DNA of 64,000 nt, taken from positions 30,320,001 through 30,384,000 of the forward strand of contig CM059433.1 of the NCBI GenBank assembly GCA_030390025.1, in the 5' to 3' direction. Below are positions 48,667 to 59,996 of the stretch, one piece after another. Source of the DNA: Squalus acanthias (lineage: Eukaryota). Positions within the stretch are counted from its first letter, which is position 1. Every line of letters starts with the position of its first letter. The position numbers were made by a program, and so were the translations under genes. The notes beneath the pieces were generated by a model that worked only from the letters and a program-made list of their open reading frames with translations, had not been told where the DNA came from and searched no databases.

Positions 48667-49065
48667 CCATGGCTCAGTCAGTAGCACCCTCGCCTTTCTG
48701 AGTCAGAAGGTTGTGGGTTCAAGTCCCACTCCAGAGACTTGAGCACATAATCCAGGCTGACACTCCAGTGCAGTGCTGAGGGATAACTGACCAGTGATGT
48801 TGGCTGAGAGACAAATATTGGCCAGGACATCGGGAGTATTCCCCTGCTTTTCTTCGAAATAGTGCTATGGGCTCGTTTACGTCCACCTGAGAGGGCGGAC
48901 AGGGCCTCAGTTTAACGTTTCATCCAAAAGATGGCACCTCTGACAGTGCAGCGCTCCCTCAGTACTGCACTGAAGCGTCAGCCTAGATTTTGTGCTCAAG
49001 TCTCTGGAGTGGGGCTTGAACCCACAACCTTCTGACTCAGAGGCGATAACAACTGAGCCACGGCC
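48667..49065. mobile_element. Two Deu-SINE 5' portions joined in inverted orientation
   Basis: Plus-strand head at 48667-48785; minus-strand head and core at 48795-49065. Confidence 0.75.
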
Positions 49066-50174
49066 ATTCCTAACAACAGGCAGGGTTCTGACCCAGTGAT
49101 GGTGAAGGAGCCGTTTAAGTCAGGATTCTATGTGACTTGGTGGGGTATAATGATTGACCTTTCTGCTGGTAGTGTGACATTTGAAACTGATTTAACTTGT
49201 ATTTTAGGGTAACCACATAGTCATTTCTCTCCATTACAAACATGAGATTGTTGTTTTACCTCCTTAGGACCCCTTGCAGACAATTTACACAACATGCACA
49301 CAGTGATAATCAATGGCAATTATTAAACATTTGGGACAAAATAGAAAGGGTAGCCGTTAAAACTGCGTTTAATATCTTGATTTTGTATTCAAGATGTTAT
49401 TTACCTTTCTAAGCCAAATGCAGATCATCTTCAGCACATATTTTTACATTAAACATTGGCATCATACCACTGATCTGAATGCTGCATTTGATGAATAAGC
49501 AAATGCTTGGGGGAAAAATGACCTCTCAAGAAAGAAAATGCAAATGTCTGTATTATAAATTATTTAAAGGCAAAAAGTGTCGGAATAGACAAATAAATGC
49601 ACAATCTGAAGTACTTTGGTATTCAGGAATCAATGCACTGTGCTGCCCATTATATCTTAGTCATTCACTTAGAATGGGAAACATGATTAACATTGATTTT
49701 TCTGTACCAGAATTTGCTACGCTCTGTAATTAACTTGCATTTCTTACCATGTCTCACCTGTCCTGAATATGTAGCAACAGGTAAAACTGTAATCATATTT
49801 AAATCAGCTATGATAAATCAAGATGACCATAATTCACTTCCCATTATTTCTGAGCTTAGAGTGACCTCTCACTGAGTTTCTCACAGGGCCTGGGATTATC
49901 AGTAGGATTGCATTATTACGGGAGAGGGACATTTGCTTCCCCAGGCTGTCAAAAGGCATCTTTCCACCATTAATATTTCAGCATTTTCAGTTTCAGTACA
50001 CCTCCTGACTTGATTAATGGGTGGTCTTTTTCTTTTCCAAACGCCTCTCAATGTGAACAAAAGAACAATTTTATGTACGAGTGAAGGAAACAGAAACTAT
50101 TTCAATCCCAAACCCAGTTTTTCCATCCTTTTTTCACGCTGTAACTACATTTACTCCCAGTTCCAGCATAAGAG

Positions 50175-50390
50175 CAGTTCGAAGAAGAGCAGGGGAGTAC
50201 TGGCCAATCCCTCAACCAACATCACTAAAACAGATTATCTGGTCATTATCACATTGCTGTTTGTGGGAGCTTGCTGTGCGCAAACTGGCTGCCACGTTTC
50301 CTACATTACAACAGTGACTACATTTCAAAAAGTACTTCATTGGCTGTAAAGTGCTTTGGGACATCCTGAGGTTGTGAAAGGCATTATATA
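50175..50390 (+). mobile_element. Deu-SINE 3' half
   Basis: TTCGAAGAAGAGCAGGGGAG core through to the tail. Confidence 0.7.
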
Positions 50391-50930
50391 CCTTCCCTAA
50401 AAGCCGCAGTCAAATCTACCTCAGCTACCCCCTGTGGTAAACTGTTCCATCCTCCAACAGCACCCTGCCTAAATACATTTCGGCTAATCTCTCTCCTCAT
50501 TGCCTTAGTAACAATTTTACATTGATAAACCATCACCACTGCCTCCTCAACCAGAAGAAATAGTCTTTCTCCATCCACCCGCTCAAATGCTTCATAATTT
50601 AAAAATAACACTTCCATTAGATCTTCGCTTAGCCTCCTCTGTTTCAGTGGAAATAGCATCAGCTCAAGTTGTTCCCATCCCTGGCATCACTGTGGTGAAT
50701 CTATGCTGTATGGTGTCTATGGCTTTCATATCTTCTCTACAATGAGGTACCCAACACTGCACACATTACTCGAATAGTGATCTAATCACTGCACTGTACA
50801 AATTTATCACCTCTTTGCTCTTGTACTCGATACCCTTATTTTTAAAACTCCAAAACAGATCAGCCATGATCTAATTGAATGGCGGAACAGGCTCGAGGGG
50901 CTGAATGTTCCTATGTTCCTAAATTCTGTT

Positions 50931-51052
50931 ACAATAACAAAATACTGCGGATGCTGGAAATCTGAAATAACAACAGAAAATGCTGGAAACACTCAGCAGG
51001 TCAGGCAGCATCGAGGAGAGAGAAACAGAGTCAACGTTTCGGGTCGAACCCT
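50931..51052 (-). mobile_element. Penelope-like family A extreme 3' fragment
   Basis: CAAAATACTGCGGATGCTGGAAATCTGAAATAA...GTCAACGTTTCGGGTCGAACCCTT. Confidence 0.7.
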
Positions 51053-51496
51053 TTCTGTTGTTATTCCTAAATTCTGTTCTTTTTTATGGCTTTATCCACC
51101 TGCACTCACACTTTCAGGGTATTACATGGCTGAAACCTTCGGTCTCTCTGTTCGTTCAAAGATTTCCCGATCTTTCCATTAAGTGGATGGGTCAATTCTT
51201 TGTTTTTTCTTTCTCTCAAAATGTATTACCTCACATGTATCCACATTAATTTGCACCTTTCACCCGTCTGCCCTTTCCGCTAATCTAGCTATGTCCTCCT
51301 GAAATGATTCACATACCACCGCACTGTCTACTAAACCTTTGAGTTTTGTGTCATCAGCAAGTTTTAATATTATGTTCACTATGTTCAAGTCCATCTACGT
51401 ATATCAAGGATAAACATGGAACCAGCATTGGCCCCTGGGGTATTTCACTTCCAATCCTTCTCTAATCCAAGCAGCAAAGATTAACCTAAACCCTTT

Positions 51497-52538
51497 GGGG
51501 GAAAAATTGGGTTGCTTTGCACTTCCCGTTAGCGCCCCAGGCGCTAATGGGGTGCAAAACCCCTAGTGCCTCCCGCGAAATTCAGAGTGAAGTTTGCGGT
51601 GGTGGTAACCGGTAGCGCCCCGCAGTGCTGTGCTACCGGCAATGACATCATTGGCATGCACAGCGCCCCGCTGGTGCCCTAGTCACAAACTTCGGTCGCG
51701 CCCCCTGACCTATCGCTGGACGATATGTCCGACAGGGTCAGGGTGGTGTTTTTGCGGTCGCAGCAGCGCAAATTAAAGGGCAGGTGCCGGGCGGCCATTT
51801 TTTTTGGGACGCCTGCCAGCAGCTGCCCCCTTTCGCTTCCTCATGCGGGGTGCCGGCCGCGATTGGTCAGCCCGGCACTCCTCTTGAGTGCCGGGTTGTT
51901 TTTCTGGCACCCCGCTCCCGGGTGGTCCAGCAGGGCCCCTGTGCGGGCTGCGCTAGGCCCTTCCCCTTTAATCAGGGGAGGGAGACCTGTAATACCACGG
52001 TGCTATGTGCTGACGCGCGTGGCGCTGCGATATTGAATGGTAGCACCCCAGGAAGGAGGCAGAGCGCTTCCAGTAACGCCCCGCCTCCTGCTTGGGGCGC
52101 CGCCACTCAATTTATGGCGTGGGGGGCGCTAACTTTTTCGGGGTGCGACCCGGCGAAGTTAGCACCCCAAAGTGGGTGCGACCAATTTTTTTCCCCTTAA
52201 CCGAGTTTCCCCCACCCATTCTCCTCCAGACAGTAAGTGGACGATCTTTCCTCATAAACAAGCCCTGAAAATTCAGGAATCAGTCTCGTAGCCTTCCTCT
52301 GGACTCCCTCCAATAATTCGACATCTTTCCTGTAATACCGGCCCTGAATTTCTTGGATCACACGAACGCTGAAATTACACTGAAATTTACGCCGGTTTCT
52401 GCGCTGATCTTGCTGATGGGAACTTGCGCTGAAATTTCCAGCTGAGCTCATTTGCCTCCACCGTAACATAAAAACCAGCTAAAAGTAGCGCCCCGGCGAA
52501 GTTAGCACCCCAAAGGGGGGCAAGTGAATTTTTCCCCC
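51497..52538. mobile_element. Harbinger-like MITE, composite with a duplicated right end
   Basis: Left TIR GGGGGAAAAATTGG; right-end copies finish at 52196 and 52538; TTT flanks the outer ends. Confidence 0.65.
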
Positions 52539-52794
52539 TTTGTTCCTTGTCTGTCAATCAATTCTCTACGTACGCTACTACATTTCCTCTTCCCTCCAAT
52601 AAATCTGTAACCTTCTGCAACGTGGAGATCAAAACTGACCACAGTACTCCAAATATAGCCTCACCAAGGCTACAAAATCGTCTTTATAGACTTATATGTC
52701 ACACCTTCAGATAACTATCCCAAGGTCTGCTTCCTTACTTTTGTGATAATTATTAAATTGCTATTTTGTGCTTGCATTCCCCTTTGCAAGTCCT

Positions 52795-53285
52795 TAGAAT
52801 CTTAGAATGATACAGCACGGAAGGAGGCCATTCAGCCCATCGTGTCGGGGTTGGCTCTTTGAAAGAGTTCTCCCATTAGTCCCACTCCCCTACTCTTTCC
52901 CCAGAGCCCTGTAATGTTTTCCCTACAAGTATTTATCCAATTCACTTTTGAAAGTTACTATTGAATCTGCTTCCTCCACCTTTTCAGGCAGTGTATTCCA
53001 TATCACAAAACTCGCTGTGTAAAAAATGTTTCCTTGTGTCGCCTCTGGTTCTTTTGCTAATTACCCTAAATCTGTGTCCTCTGGTTACTGACCCTTCTGC
53101 CACTGGAAACAATTTCTCCTTATTTACTCGATCAAAACCGTTCATGATTTTGAACACCTCTATCAAATCTTCTCTTAACCTTCTCTGCTCTAAGGAGAAC
53201 AACCCCAGATTCTCCAGTCACTCCACATAACTGAAGTCCCTCAACGCTGGTGCCATTCTCTTCTGCACCCTCTCCAAGACCTTAA
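52795..53285 (-). mobile_element. CR1 3' fragment
   Basis: FSLEQRRLREDLIEVFKIM..KLFP..TRGHRF. Confidence 0.85.
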
Positions 53286-53808
53286 AGTAGATGTTGCTCA
53301 ACCAGCTCAGATTTCTTCCCGTTACTGTGGCTGTCTTCAATGTTGATTCAGAAACAATGGATTTGACATGTTTAGAAATTTGATCACAATTCTATCGACC
53401 TCTATCACTGCATTTTAGCATTAGTCAGACTCCTTGGTACAATTGATTCATTTGCACGTTTCCTATAATTGAGCATTTTTACGATGCATCAGGTGCACAC
53501 AAACTTCATTGCATGTTTAATAAAATATTTCATACTGCCATTAAATTATTTTGGTTACCTATTGGCATTCTCGTAAAACACATCCAAATCATCAATAATC
53601 TTGTTGCATTATTATTGTACAATGCAACATTTAGATTGAACAATATTAATACCAGCTGTGCTAATATTGCAAAATCAGGCCCTTCCTTCATATGACTAGA
53701 GGCAGCTCTGAGTTAGGAGTTCAGAACTGCTTTTCCATTTATATCTCCCTCCCTCTTCCCATGTGCACTTCATAGAATTATAGAATCTTACAGCACAGAA
53801 GGAAGCCT

Positions 53809-54890
53809 TGTGAAGGAATAAGCCATATAACGTATTAAGAAAAATATATTATCTTATGAAAGAATTCTGGTCTTATTGAAACAGGACAAGTTGTTGACCC
53901 TAAATAAATAACCTTATTGAAACAGAAGGTGCATAGCTCCGAGTAGCTGACTTTTGGGAACAAAAACAATGGTCCACCCTGGATAAGGTGTTTTAATTTA
54001 AACTTTGTAAAGATGGCACATAAGATAAGGAACATCTACCCTCGTAAAGATGACATAAAATAAGGGACACCTGCCCTTCACACCGTTTTATATGGTAAAC
54101 CCAGAACACCTGGAGAAAGACAAGATTCTGGAATATTACAAGCTGATGTAGCAGTAAAGAATTGCGGAGGTCAGCAGAAAGATGAATAGGGATAATTAAC
54201 TTGGGTCAGCAGAAACCTTAAAGGAAATACCACTGAAAAAGGGTATAAATATTGAACTCTCAAATGGGATAGCAAAGTCGCTTTAATCGGGCAAAGCGAT
54301 TCTCGACTACAGAGGCAGCTTTGTGGTCTCCAACTCTTTGTACCTCGGGGATCAAAGGTATTTGATATTGATGGATATCCTGTATAGAAAACTTTAAGAA
54401 CTGTAATACTGTAGCGAAGTTAAGATTTAAAAGTAAGATTCTCTGTTAAAAAGATCGTATTTTTTCTCTTTTTGGAACTGTTAATGTTGCGGTTGACTAA
54501 TTCACCAACTGTAAATTGCATGTTGGTTCTTTTAATAAATCTCTATATATTTTTAGAATTGTCTCACATATGTCTTCTGTATCAATAACCCGTGAACTCA
54601 ATCTCTGTACACTCTTTGGTGAAGAGTTACATAATTCTGAAGGAGTTCTCCGGACCCTCATAATATCCGGGACATTACAGTCTAGCTAAACTTATTAAAA
54701 GCGCTATCTGGAGGACGGTAACATTCTCAAGTTGTTCCATTCCTTTCGGGAGAGATAGTCCAGACCTTTAGATCCAATTAAGCGTCTTTAGGATTCGGCT
54801 ACCTCAAACTTTAGTTGAAAGTGAACGTCTGAGAAATACGCCTGATTCGGGGTAGCCCCAAAGGAGCTAGGACTAGTAAATATCCCTTCA
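53809..54890 (+). mobile_element. Solo LTR (1082 bp)
   Basis: TGTGAAGGAATA ... TATCCCTTCA inverted termini; GCCT TSD at 53805-53808 and 54891-54894; TATAAA at 54244, AATAAA at 54534. The flanking CR1 3' end (53771-55200) rejoins when it is removed. Confidence 0.85.
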
Positions 54891-55404
54891 GCCTTTCGGC
54901 CCATCGTGCCTGTGCCAGCTCTTTGAAAGAGCTATCCAAGTAGTCCCAATCTCCTGCACTTTCCCCATAGCCCTGCAACTATTTCCTTTTCAAGTATATA
55001 TCCAATTCCCTTTTGAAGGTTACTAGTGAATCTGCTTCCACTGCCCTTTGAGGCAGTGCATTCCAGATCACAACAACTCGCTGCATAAAAAAACTCATCT
55101 TGCCCCCCCAGTTCTTTTGCCAATTATCTTAAATCTGTGTCCTCTGGTTAGCGACCTCCTGACAGTGGAAACAGTTTCTCTCTAACAAAACCCTTCATTT
55201 GAAAACTTCTCCATGAGTTTCTTTAGATCACCCTTTATCAGTCCTTAGCAAGTTGATTCTTTCCGTGTTGGTTTATTTTCCCGCATTTTACAATGGGAGC
55301 AAGACTCAAAGAAATCAATGAAAAGTCCATTACTGCTTTGTAGCATGCCTTGTTGCCCTGTCCACTCTCATACTTTCCTTTTTGTGAAACTGATCTCTCT
55401 GAGT

Positions 55405-55655
55405 AAAGAAAGAAAGAAGGAACTTGTATTTATATAGTGTTTTTCATCACCTCAGGATATTCCAAAGTGCTTTGCAGCCAATGAAGTACTTTTGAAGCGT
55501 TGTAATGTAGGGAACTGCAGCAGCCAATTTGAGCACAGCAAGGCCCCACAAAAGCAATGTAATAATGACCAGATAATCTGTTTTTTTAGGTGTTGGGTGA
55601 GGGATAAATATTGGCCAGGACAGCGGGGAGAATTCCCCTGCTCTTCTTCGCATAG
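55405..55655 (-). mobile_element. Deu-SINE 3' half
   Basis: Tail and core on the minus strand. Confidence 0.7.
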
Positions 55656-55860
55656 TAACGGACTCAGCATCAGTTTAACCATGGCGCACATGCACCAAGG
55701 ATGGACTGAGTGGCTGCAACAGAATATAGTGTAATCTAAGAACAAATTCACAACTCCAAAATCTTGATCAGTTTTGATTCGGGTGTGACCATTCTGCTGT
55801 GCTCCTCAAAGGCGAGAAGTCGCACAACACCAGGTTATAGTCCAACAGATTTATTTAAAA

Positions 55861-55898
55861 TTACAAGCTTTCGGAGCTGTCGCCCCTTCGTCAGGCAA
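55861..55898 (-). ncRNA. Minimal hammerhead ribozyme motif (left arm)
   Basis: Minus strand: ttgc-CTGACGA-a-ggggc-gaca-gctcc-GAAA-GCT-T-gtaa. Confidence 0.75.
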
Positions 55899-56577
55899 AG
55901 TTACTGTGAGAGAATCTATCAGAATTCACAGAATATAAAAACACAGAGAAAATGCATAGATTAAATCTTTCCCTACATCAAAGACACACTAAGAGCACAG
56001 CCAAGACAATGAGATGTGTCCCAGGGGGTCCAACGCGTCAGAACACCTGCTGGCTGCATATCCTCTCCATTTTTTGTGTTTGTTTCTTGTGTTTGTTTTT
56101 TTTTAAAAACTGGAAAGACCGGCAATGATGTCAAGTCACGTTCTATAGCGTGACATGAACCCGATATCCCGATTGAGGCCGTCCTCATGAGTGCGGAACT
56201 TGGCTATCAGTTTCTGCTCGATGATTTTGCGTTGTCGTGAAGGCCTTCGTGATCATCGAGCAGAAACTGATAGCCAAGTTCCGCACTCATGAGGACGGCC
56301 TCAATCGGGATATCGGGTTCATGTCACGCTATAGAACGTGACTTGACATCGTTGCCGGTCTTTCCAGTTTTTAAAAAAAACAAACACAAGAAACAAACAC
56401 AAAAAATGGAGAGGATATGCAGCCAGCAGGTGTTCTGACGCGTTGGACCCCCTGGGACACATCTCATTGTCTTGGCTGTGCTCTTAGTGTGTCTTTGATG
56501 TAGGGAAAGATTTAATCTATGCATTTTCTCTGTGTTTTTATATTCTGTGAATTCTGATAGATTCTCTCTCAGTAACT

Positions 56578-56615
56578 TTGCCTGACGAAGGGGCGACAGC
56601 TCCGAAAGCTTGTAA
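56578..56615 (+). ncRNA. Minimal hammerhead ribozyme motif (right arm)
   Basis: ttgc-CTGACGA-a-ggggc-gaca-gctcc-GAAA-GCT-T-gtaa. Confidence 0.75.
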
Positions 56616-57482
56616 TTTTAAATAAATCTGTTGGACTATAACCTGGTGTTGTGCGACTTCTCATTTTTGTCCACCCCAGTCCAACGCCGGCATCTCCGCA
56701 TCATGACTCCTCAAAGGCATTCACTTTGCTTATTTCCTTTGTGAAAGTGCTGAGCTCAGTTGCCTTTGTTGAAACAACTGTCCCTTGAGGACGCATCCTA
56801 AGTGATAGCCCACAATATCAATTAAATTACCAATCCCCAAAGAATGATACGAATCTCATTTTAAACAATCGCATAGGTTCTGCATGTAGCAGATACAAAA
56901 TCAACTTTTTTTCCCCAAACAGCAAACAGGTATTAAATCAATAGTGTGAATGACAAGATTGCATATCTCCCAGAGGCTTCTGAACTCATTAACCCTGGAC
57001 TTGCAAACCCTCATTTAATGTTTAATCAGGTCTCTCTATTATACATTTAGGTAGGATCATGAAATCAATGCTTTGAGTTAAAACAATGCAATCAGCATTG
57101 TATCACAGGGTAATTAAAACTAGCTCCCCATCCGAGTGATGCAATCAACACAACATTAGATTCCCCACTATTAACGGTTAGCAGCGAGATATAATCTCAT
57201 TACAGATATTATTCATTTCTAGGCAGGATTAAGTATTTTTCAGCATAGCCAATGCAAGACATAGGGCAGAGCGAGATGTGTATTCAACTCATTACAGAGA
57301 AAGACTTAAACTGGTGGGTAATGAGAACCTGTGATATTTTTCACAGATGCCACCCAGGTTAGCTGCACTTGTCAGTCATTGTGCTTAATTGGCAGACAAT
57401 GCCTGTGTTAATAGACAAGTTTTAAAAGATTGATAAATTGTGAGTGTGCGTAGTGATATTTCATTAATTTGTTTTGTATGCA

Positions 57483-57872
57483 GAAGAAAGTAAGAAAGAC
57501 TATTATATAGCGCCTTTCACAACCCCAGGATGTCCCAAAGTGCTTTACAGCCAGTGAAGTACTTTTTGAAATGTAGTCACTGTTGTAATGTAAGAAACAC
57601 AGCAGCCAATTTGTGCACAGCAAGATCCCAGCAATAAGATAATGACCAGTTTAGTGATGTCGGTTGAGGGATAAATATTGGTCAGGATACCAGGGGAGAA
57701 CTCCCCTGTTCTTCTTTGAAATAGTGCCACGGGATCTTTTATGCCCAGTTGAGAGGGCAGATGGGGCCTCGGATTAACGTCTCATCCAAAAGACGGCACC
57801 TCTGACAGTACAGCACTCCCTCAGTACTGCACTGGGAGTGTCAGCCTAGATTTTGTGCTCAAGTCTCTGGAG
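57483..57872 (-). mobile_element. Deu-domain SINE (head truncated)
   Basis: Tail, core and body on the minus strand. Confidence 0.78.
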
Positions 57873-58842
57873 GCAAATACAAGCAGTACAACTGTCAAAA
57901 CACGTCCTCAAATGAGTCGGATTTGAGAAATGCACTCGAGTGTCAGACTAGAGTTTGCAATACTGATTTGGCATGAAAGTATCGGTAATCGATGTCAACC
58001 CGAGATTTCCCCCTCCCGCCCCATCCTGTCCTGAGGCAGTGACTCTTGCTGGGATATAACTTCATTCTTCATGTGTGAGCTAGCTGAGTCCATCCTGCTT
58101 TTGCTCTTCCCAGCAGGGGTCACTTGACAGTGATTTTCTTTCCTTCCTAGCCTTGGGCCGATTGTAGCTCACTCAGTGTAACCCTGAGATCAGCTAACTC
58201 AACACGGTGGAGCTTGAACCTGCAACCTTCCCGTTGAGTGTGGTTCACACCAGTGATGGATTTAGCCACTCCAACTTGGTTCAGAGCCAAAATGGCACAG
58301 CCTTGACACATTGGGCCAGAAATTCGGCTCTCCGGCTTCCCGCGGGTGCAAGGATCGCACGCGTACTTACCTAGCGCGGCTGCCATTGTGCTTCGGGCCC
58401 GTGTGAAATTCGGCTCCTGGGCCTCCTGCAGCTGCCGGCGCGCAGTGCTTGCATATCCCAGGGGCGCAGTTAGTTCGAAGCGTCCCCTGGGATCACGTGG
58501 GCCATGGAGAGCCAATCGGAGAAGGGAATCTCCATTCACAGATTTTGACAGGAAGACCTGTCAAATCTATGAATAGAGATTGGCCCCAAAACCTCACTAA
58601 AACTTCAAATAAATTTTTAAAAAATCACATTTTTAAAATAACTATAAATTATATAAATTAACTACTTTAAACAAAAATTTAAATTTTTGAAAAAATGAAT
58701 TACACTTTTTAACGGTGCTAAAAATAAACTTACCTTTCTTTAAAGTTTGTAAAAAAGGTAAACCTGTTGAAAAAATGTTTAAATAGTACTTAATTCAACA
58801 CTTACCTTGTTAAAAGCAGGCCTTGCGCCTCCTTTTTTCCTG

Positions 58843-59996
58843 ATGCAGAGATGCCGGTGTTGGACTGGGGTGGACAAAAATGAGAAGTCGCACAACACCA
58901 GGTTATCGTCCAACAGTTTTATTTAAAATTACGAGCTTTCGGAGCTCCGCTCCTTCTTCAGGTACAGGTACAGTGAGGGAATCTATTACACAGTATATAT
59001 ATACAGAGAACAATGTGTCTGCAGAGACACAAGCTGTTAGGGAGGCATTACATCAAAGACACATCAGAGTACAGCTAAGACAATGAGATGGGTCACAGGG
59101 GGTCCAACGTGTCAAATGCTGCCGTCTGCAGTTAAGCTTTTAACTTTACAACCTCCACTACTCGCCTTCAAGCAGCCGCCTAACCTCAAAAGTACCATCG
59201 TTCGCAGCAAATTACCCAGCTGTCAGGAGAACAGCGACCACGACACCACACAACCCTGCCACGGCAACCTCTGCAAGACATGCCAGATCATGAACACAGA
59301 TACCATCATCACACGTGAGGACACTACCCACCAGGTACATGGTACATACTCATGTGACTCGGCCAACGTTGTCTACCTCATACGTTGCAGGAAAGAATGC
59401 ACCGCGGCATGGTACATCGGCGAGACCATGCAGACACTGAGACAACGTATGAACGGACACCGAGCAAAAATCGCCAGGCAGGATTGTTACCTCCCAGTCG
59501 GGGAACACTTCAGCAGTCAAGGACATTCAGCCTCGGATCTGCGGGTTAGCGTTCTCCAAGGCGGCCTTCGAGACACACGACAACGCAAAATCATCGAGCA
59601 GAAACTGATAGCCAAGTTCCGCACCCATGAGGACGGCCTCAACAGGGATCTTGGGTTCATGTCACGCTACAGAACGTGACTCGACATCTTTGTCTGTTTT
59701 TCCAGTTTTTAAAAAGAAAAAAAGAAGTTAAAAGCTTAACTGCAGACGGCAGCATTTGACACGTTGGACCCCCTGTGACCCACCTCATTGTCTTAGCTGT
59801 ACTCTGATGTGTCTTTGATGTAATGCCTCCCTAACAGATTGTATCTTTGCAGACACATTGCTCTCTGTGTATATATACTGTGTAATAGATTCCCTCACTG
59901 TACCTGTACCTGAAGAAGGAGCGGAGCTCCGAAAGCTCATAATTTTAAATAAAACTGTTGGACTATAACCTGGTGTTGTGCGACTTCTCATTTTTG
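58843..59996. mobile_element. Penelope-like family B insertion: 275-bp inverted arms around a GIY-YIG endonuclease fragment
   Basis: Arms 58872-59146 and 59725-59999 (about 8 mismatches); TSD TCCTTTTTTCCTG at 58830-58842 and 59997-60009; hammerhead core CTGAAGA-a-ggagc-gga-gctcc-GAAA-GCTC in each arm. Confidence 0.92.
59147..59679 (+). pseudogene. 5'-truncated Neptune-type PLE C-terminus (Cys linker and GIY-YIG endonuclease), frame uninterrupted
   Basis: PPNLKSTIVRSKL, PCHGNLCKTC, CDSANVVYLIRC..WYIGETMQTLRQRMNGHR, PVGEHF, GLNRD. Confidence 0.88.

Larger units (their letters stand above)
55814..56706. mobile_element. Penelope-like family B palindromic insertion (412/411-bp arms, 26-nt loop)
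   Basis: Arms 55814-56225 and 56252-56662; perfect TSD CTCCTCAAAGGC at 55802-55813 and 56707-56718; arms include the GIY-YIG C-terminus (IIEQKLIAKFRTHEDGLNRD). Confidence 0.93.

Noticed and set aside
11372..55200. Apparent hotspot: Gypsy, solo LTR and a MITE all inserted in the same CR1 3'-end repeat family
   Set aside because: Insertion points differ and the repeat is very abundant, so chance is sufficient.
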